Part shown: positions 58,979 to 64,000 of the stretch, piece by piece
Layout: each line of letters starts with the position of its first letter
Numbering within the stretch: the stretch's first letter is position 1
Source: Eledone cirrhosa
Taxonomy: Eukaryota
Assembly (NCBI GenBank): GCA_964016885.1
Contig: OZ024750.1
Coordinates: 39,370,001-39,434,000, forward strand
Direction of reading: 5' to 3'
DNA: 64,000 nt
Notes under the pieces: model-generated
What the model was told of the DNA's origin: nothing
Database searches by the model: none
Seen by the model: the letters and a program-made list of their open reading frames with translations, nothing else
Made by a program: the position numbers and the translations under genes

Positions 58979-59571
58979 GTTAGATTACTAAACCACTTAA
59001 AATGTTTGATTATTTCTGAAATTATTTGAAAATGATAGGTTCCACCTTGCATTGGATTATGATAACAAAAAGGTTAAATTAGCTAATTTTAGTTTTTAAT
59101 TATGCAAATTAAAATGTCTGATAATTATTCATAACTGTTTTTCTGTATGTAAAAACTAGTGTGAACTGATCCAAGCATGCTTGACTAGGGTCAATCACAT
59201 TGAAACATATCCACAACTAATCACCTTGCTTACAAAGATCAGATTTCCCAACCAAAGTATCTAAATTAATTTTGTGAAACTGATTTTTAATTTCATGAAA
59301 TTATCTCCCTTCTTCTTTGAGAGTCACTAACAAAATACTATTTTTTTTTTTCAACTATGAAGGAAATTTGAATTGAGAAGTTGTTGTGTATCATTGGGTC
59401 CTTTTGGAAGCAATGGTTCATGGCTAGATGCCCTTCCTGGTACCAACCCTTTTAGTCACCTCTTACAGCATGCAGTCCTACAGTCATACCTGTTCTAAAC
59501 CTGATACAGACAGAATAGTTATGCAAGTTAGCTAAATTAGTTAATTAAAAGAGGTGGACTTAAGAAACAAC

Positions 59572-59689
59572 CTTAGCTTCACACTGTAGATGTACTCCAG
59601 GCACAGAAAGTGATGTAATAAGCATGGTAACACAACGTAACAAGAATACTGTTCCCATCAGGGAAAACATTCTCCGCATTAAAATGAAC
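59572..59689 (-). CDS. SAMD8: SMSr exon ([39 protein letters not shown]); absent from the ORF track
   Basis: T-rich TAG acceptor and GT donor (GTTGTT). 118 nt, phase 2 in / phase 0 out. Matches the SMSr motif [26 protein letters not shown]. Confidence 0.93.
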
Positions 59690-59787
59690 CTAAAAAAAGA
59701 AGAAAAGGAAAGAAAATCAAAAGATCATTGATTAAACAAAACTAATTTCTAGAAATATTTGTCAAAACAATCTTTCTGCTGCCACAA

Positions 59788-59958
59788 ATACACCCAGTAC
59801 ACTCTGTAAAGTGGTAGTACTGGTGCTACAATAAAATACAGCCAGTACACTCTGTAAAGTGGTAGTGCTGGTGCCACAATAAGATACACCCAGTACACTC
59901 TGTAAAGTGGTAGTGCTGGTGTGATGATAAAATACACCCAGTACACTCTGTAAAATGG
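59788..59958 (+). repeat. Tandem repeat of the RTE/SINE tail segment, about 4 copies
   Basis: ATACACCCAGTACACTCTGTAAAGTGGTAGTGCTGGTG repeated. Confidence 0.8.
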
Positions 59959-60488
59959 TGATTGACAATTGAACAGAGAAATCTTTCGTCATGTCAAAGA
60001 CATGACAACCTCTCTAGTGCTGGTGCCATCATAAGAAAGACAGAGAGTGAGAGAATGGAAGTAAGAAAGAGATATAGAGAAAGAATTGACCCCAGTACTT
60101 GACTGGTACTTTTTTTTATTAACCTGGAATGGATGAAAGGTAAAGTTGATCTTGGCAGGATTTGAACTCAGAGAGCTGAAATGAATACCTCAAAGCATTC
60201 TATCAGACATTCTAACAATTTTGCTAATTTGTCACCTATTAAATATTTTTAAGAACCTGTGATCTCACAAGTTCTTATGTACTTTTAATTTACCCCTGAT
60301 ATTAAAATAGTTCCCCACATTTGCTCTACATTGTCATCTGAGCTGCTCTACCATCTTAGAAAAAGAAGGACACACTACAGCCAAAACCAATGTGTTCGAA
60401 CATAAGCTGATGTCGCAAAGAAGGATGGTAAATCTAAAACAATGGCTTTTGTCGATGATGTTAAAACAAAGTTTGAATCAGTTCTTAC

Positions 60489-61128
60489 CTGTGTTTATGG
60501 AAGAAAAGAACTGTGCACCACATGGTAACTAAGATTATTCCAATCATTTCACAGACTTCAAAGGCCCATGGAACATAAGGCATATTATCCAGAAATATAT
60601 CAGGCAGAGGTGGATATTTCTGCATGTCAGGAACACGTTCATGGACAATAACCATCACAAATGATGTAATTAGAAAGACGGTGAATATATAGAAAAAACT
60701 TAAGACTGTTTTCCAAATTTCTGGATCAAGGTGTTGCGACTGAGCTCCTGACACTTCATCGCATTCTTCAAAGACAGAGGTATCGGACTGGCTCTCCACT
60801 GGACTAGGCAGATTCCGTCGGCGTACAGTAAGTCTGCTACTGTCCACCTTATGGATATTGGAATGGTTACAATTTGTGAAAGAGTTAGATGCAGATAGTT
60901 GTAAGTGTTGCACATGTAGCATGAGGCGTTTGATATCACCGAGGACTGGAATTGCTATTGGTTGTTGCTTGAGGTCATTCTCACTGAGGGTTAACAGCAC
61001 CTGCCCATCGATGCGATGAGTATAACTCAGGAGATCCGCATACTCGCCAAAGTCATTTTCTTTTAACCATACTGCTACCTGTTCACAATTCCATTTAGCA
61101 ACATCCATCTCTCTTATGTTTTCTTCAT
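60489..61128 (-). CDS. SAMD8: SMSr SAM-domain exon (possible start ATG at 61108, MDVAKW)
   Basis: SAM domain [28 protein letters not shown], then VHERVPD...[10 protein letters not shown] and FFHKHR. AG acceptor at 61130-61129 and GTAAG donor at 60488. No upstream exon was identified. Confidence 0.93.
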
Positions 61129-61147
61129 CTAAAAACAATAAAAGAAA

Positions 61148-61195
<48 letters not shown>

Positions 61196-61328
61196 TTTCT
61201 TTATTAACCACAAGGGTTTACATAAAGTAGACATTAAGGACAGTGCAGGGCAATACAGGACGGTACAAATGGGCATTTCTGCGTGTAAAAAACAAAAACA
61301 GAGGATGTAACAAAAAATAACAATGAAA

Positions 61329-61362
<34 letters not shown>

Positions 61363-61364
61363 GT

Positions 61365-61520
61365 TTCTGATTTAGGCACAAGGCCAGCAATTTTTGGAAG
61401 AGGGGAAAGTCGATTAAATCGACCCCAGTGTATTACTGGTGCTTTATTTTATTGACCCCGTAATGATGAAAGGCTAAGCTAACCTCGACGGGATTTGAAC
61501 TGAGAACGTAAAGGGCCCTC
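61365..61520 (-). mobile_element. SINE family B copy with (TTA)n tail
   Basis: Reverse complement of the family B core, adjoining (TAA)n. Confidence 0.75.
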
Positions 61521-61805
61521 CCATAGCCAGCAAAGTTGACATCCCCTCCCACCAACTGGTCAATGGTCTCTCCCATGGCCAGCAAGGTTGACCTCCCCTC
61601 CCACCAACAGGTCAATGGTCTCTCCCATAGCCAGCAAGGTTGACCTCCCCTCCCACCAACAGGTCAATGGTCTCTCCCATGGCCAGCAAGGTTGACCTCC
61701 CCTCCCACCAACTGGTCAATGGTCTCTCCCATAGCCAACAAGGTTGACCTCCCCTCCCACCAACTGGTCAATGGTCTCTCCCATGGCCAGCAATGTTGAC
61801 CCCCC
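61520..61805. repeat. Minisatellite, 52-bp unit, about 5 copies
   Basis: CCAGCAAGGTTGACCTCCCCTCCCACCAAC.GGTCAATGGTCTCTCCCAT in tandem. Confidence 0.9.
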
Positions 61806-62204
61806 ACCCCCCACCCCCCAGTCAATGTTGTCTTGTAGCAACTAATGTTGTCTGAGCTATTATTAGTATTTGACAGATAAATATTTTGGCTACATGACAA
61901 CTTGATCAGAGAACTGTTTTGTAGGATGGAAGAGAAGGAGGATTTTAAACATGGAAGAGGGCAAAGTCTTCAGAGAGAGAGAGAGAGAGAGGAACACTCC
62001 ATAGTTTAATGGTGTGTGAGCATGTCTGTGTGTCTGTGTCAGTGTGTGTGCGTGTGTCAGTGTGTGTGTGTGTGTGTGTGTGCGTGTGTATGTTGTTACA
62101 ATGGTGTCTAATATGTTACCCAACCAAACCTAATTTAGTTGTTAGCAATTATTGAAAATATGATGGAAACTATTGTAGCTTCCTGTAGACACAATGGAGA
62201 GGGA

Positions 62205-62745
62205 AATCAATAGAGACTCACACATACACACATATAGACAGACACACCAATAGAGACTCACACATACACATATAGACAGACACACATATATATATATATA
62301 TAGACACACACACCAATAGAGACTAACACACACACACACATATATATATAGACAGATACATATAGACACACACACACCAATAGAGACTAACACATACACA
62401 TATAGACAGACACACATATAGACACACACACATACGCATATAGACAGACACATATATATATATATAGACATATATATATATAGACACACACCAATAGAGA
62501 CTAACACACACACACATATATATAGACATACACACCAATAGAGACTAACACACACACATATATATAGACATACACACCAATAGAGACTAACACACACACA
62601 TATATATAGACATACACACCAATAGAGACTAACACACACACACACATATAGACATACACACCAATAGAGACTAACACACACACACATACACACCAATAGA
62701 GACTAACACACACACACACACACACATACACACCAATATAGACTA

Positions 62746-62806
<61 letters not shown>

Positions 62807-63901
62807 TAGACAGGCACATACACACACCATTAGAGACTAACACACACACAGCACACATACATACATACACACATATATATATATATATAGACAGACACAC
62901 ACACACATATAGCCAGACAGATATATACATACAGATACACAAACACACACATATATTTAGACATATACCCTCCCACATACAAGTTATTCATATTGCTCCT
63001 TTACATTATACATATATACATACGTTATACATATATATATATATATATACAAACGTTATACATATATATATATATATATATATACAAACGTTATACATAT
63101 ATACTGTATATACAAACGTTATACATATATATATATACATACGTTATACATATATATATATACATACGTTATACATATATATATACATACGTTATACATA
63201 TATATATACATACATTATACATATATATATATACATACGTTATACATACTGTATATACAAACGTTATACATATATATATACAAACGTTATACATATATAT
63301 ATATATACATACGTTATACATATATATATACATACGTTATACATACTGTATATACAAACATACATATATATATACAAACGTTATACATACATACTGTATA
63401 TACAAACGTTATACATATATATATATACATACGTTATACATATATATATACAAACGTTATACATATATATATACAAACGTTATACATATATATATACAAA
63501 CGTTATACATATATATATATATATACATACGTTATACATACTGTATATACAAAGATTATACATATATATATACAAACGTTTTACATACATACTGTATATA
63601 CAAACGTTATACATATATATATATACATACGTTATACATATATATATACAAACGTTATACATATATATATATACATACGTTATACATACTGTATATACAA
63701 ACATTATACATATATATATACAAACGTTATACATACATACTGTATATACAAACGTTATACATATATATATATACATACGTTATACATATATATATACAAA
63801 CGTTATACATATATATATACAAACGTTATACATATATATATACAAACGTTATACATATATATATACAAACGTTATACATATATACTGTATATACAAACGT
63901 T

Positions 63902-63960
<59 letters not shown>

Positions 63961-63965
63961 CATAC
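62205..63965. repeat. Compound micro/minisatellite field: CCAATAGAGACTAAC(AC)n(AT)n blocks, then CAAACGTTATACAT(AT)n blocks
   Basis: Short constant motifs separated by variable (CA)n/(TA)n runs. Confidence 0.9.
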
Positions 63966-64000
63966 ATTATTATAACTCAATACACACGTGTTCTTCCTCC

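Noticed and set aside
61129-61390. N-terminal poly-Leu extension of the 301-aa SAMD8 ORF, resembling a signal peptide
   Set aside because: It is translated (TTA)n microsatellite and SINE sequence upstream of a good splice acceptor at 61130-61129.
62205-63965. Constant motifs separated by variable spacers (also 8610-8980), resembling a CRISPR array
   Set aside because: The spacers are only (CA)n/(TA)n length variants produced by slippage.

Overview
Repeat-rich, intron-containing animal DNA. The SINE, MITE and RTE repertoire and the (TA)n/(CA)n density suggest a coleoid cephalopod, probably Octopus (inference). Four host genes are supported: the last five exons of importin-9 (IPO9, + strand, 3826-21684), an intronless ARL6/BBS3 (- strand, 37312-37884), an intronless WDR18/IPI3 (- strand, 46743-48086) and four coding exons of SAMD8/SMSr (- strand, 55442-61128). 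Most of the rest is mobile-element or tandem-repeat DNA: a 5'-truncated RTE LINE with a PHD-like finger inside its RT region, tRNA-derived SINEs sharing that RTE's 3' tail, several MITE families, relics of Tc1/mariner, hAT and CRE-type elements, and about 20 minisatellite arrays. The most notable observations are: (1) four fold-back elements inserted in (TA)n at 35.2-36.2 kb, one carrying an apparently intact minimal hammerhead ribozyme (Penelope-like architecture); (2) many of the tandem arrays are amplified pieces of transposons, including a 100-bp satellite made from RTE coding sequence; (3) a duplicated 3' splice site in SAMD8 whose use would create an immediate stop codon; (4) two neighbouring intronless housekeeping genes, ARL6 carrying a candidate RFX X-box. 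All identifications are by eye and from recalled family motifs. No searches or folding programs were run, and repeat boundaries and copy numbers are approximate.
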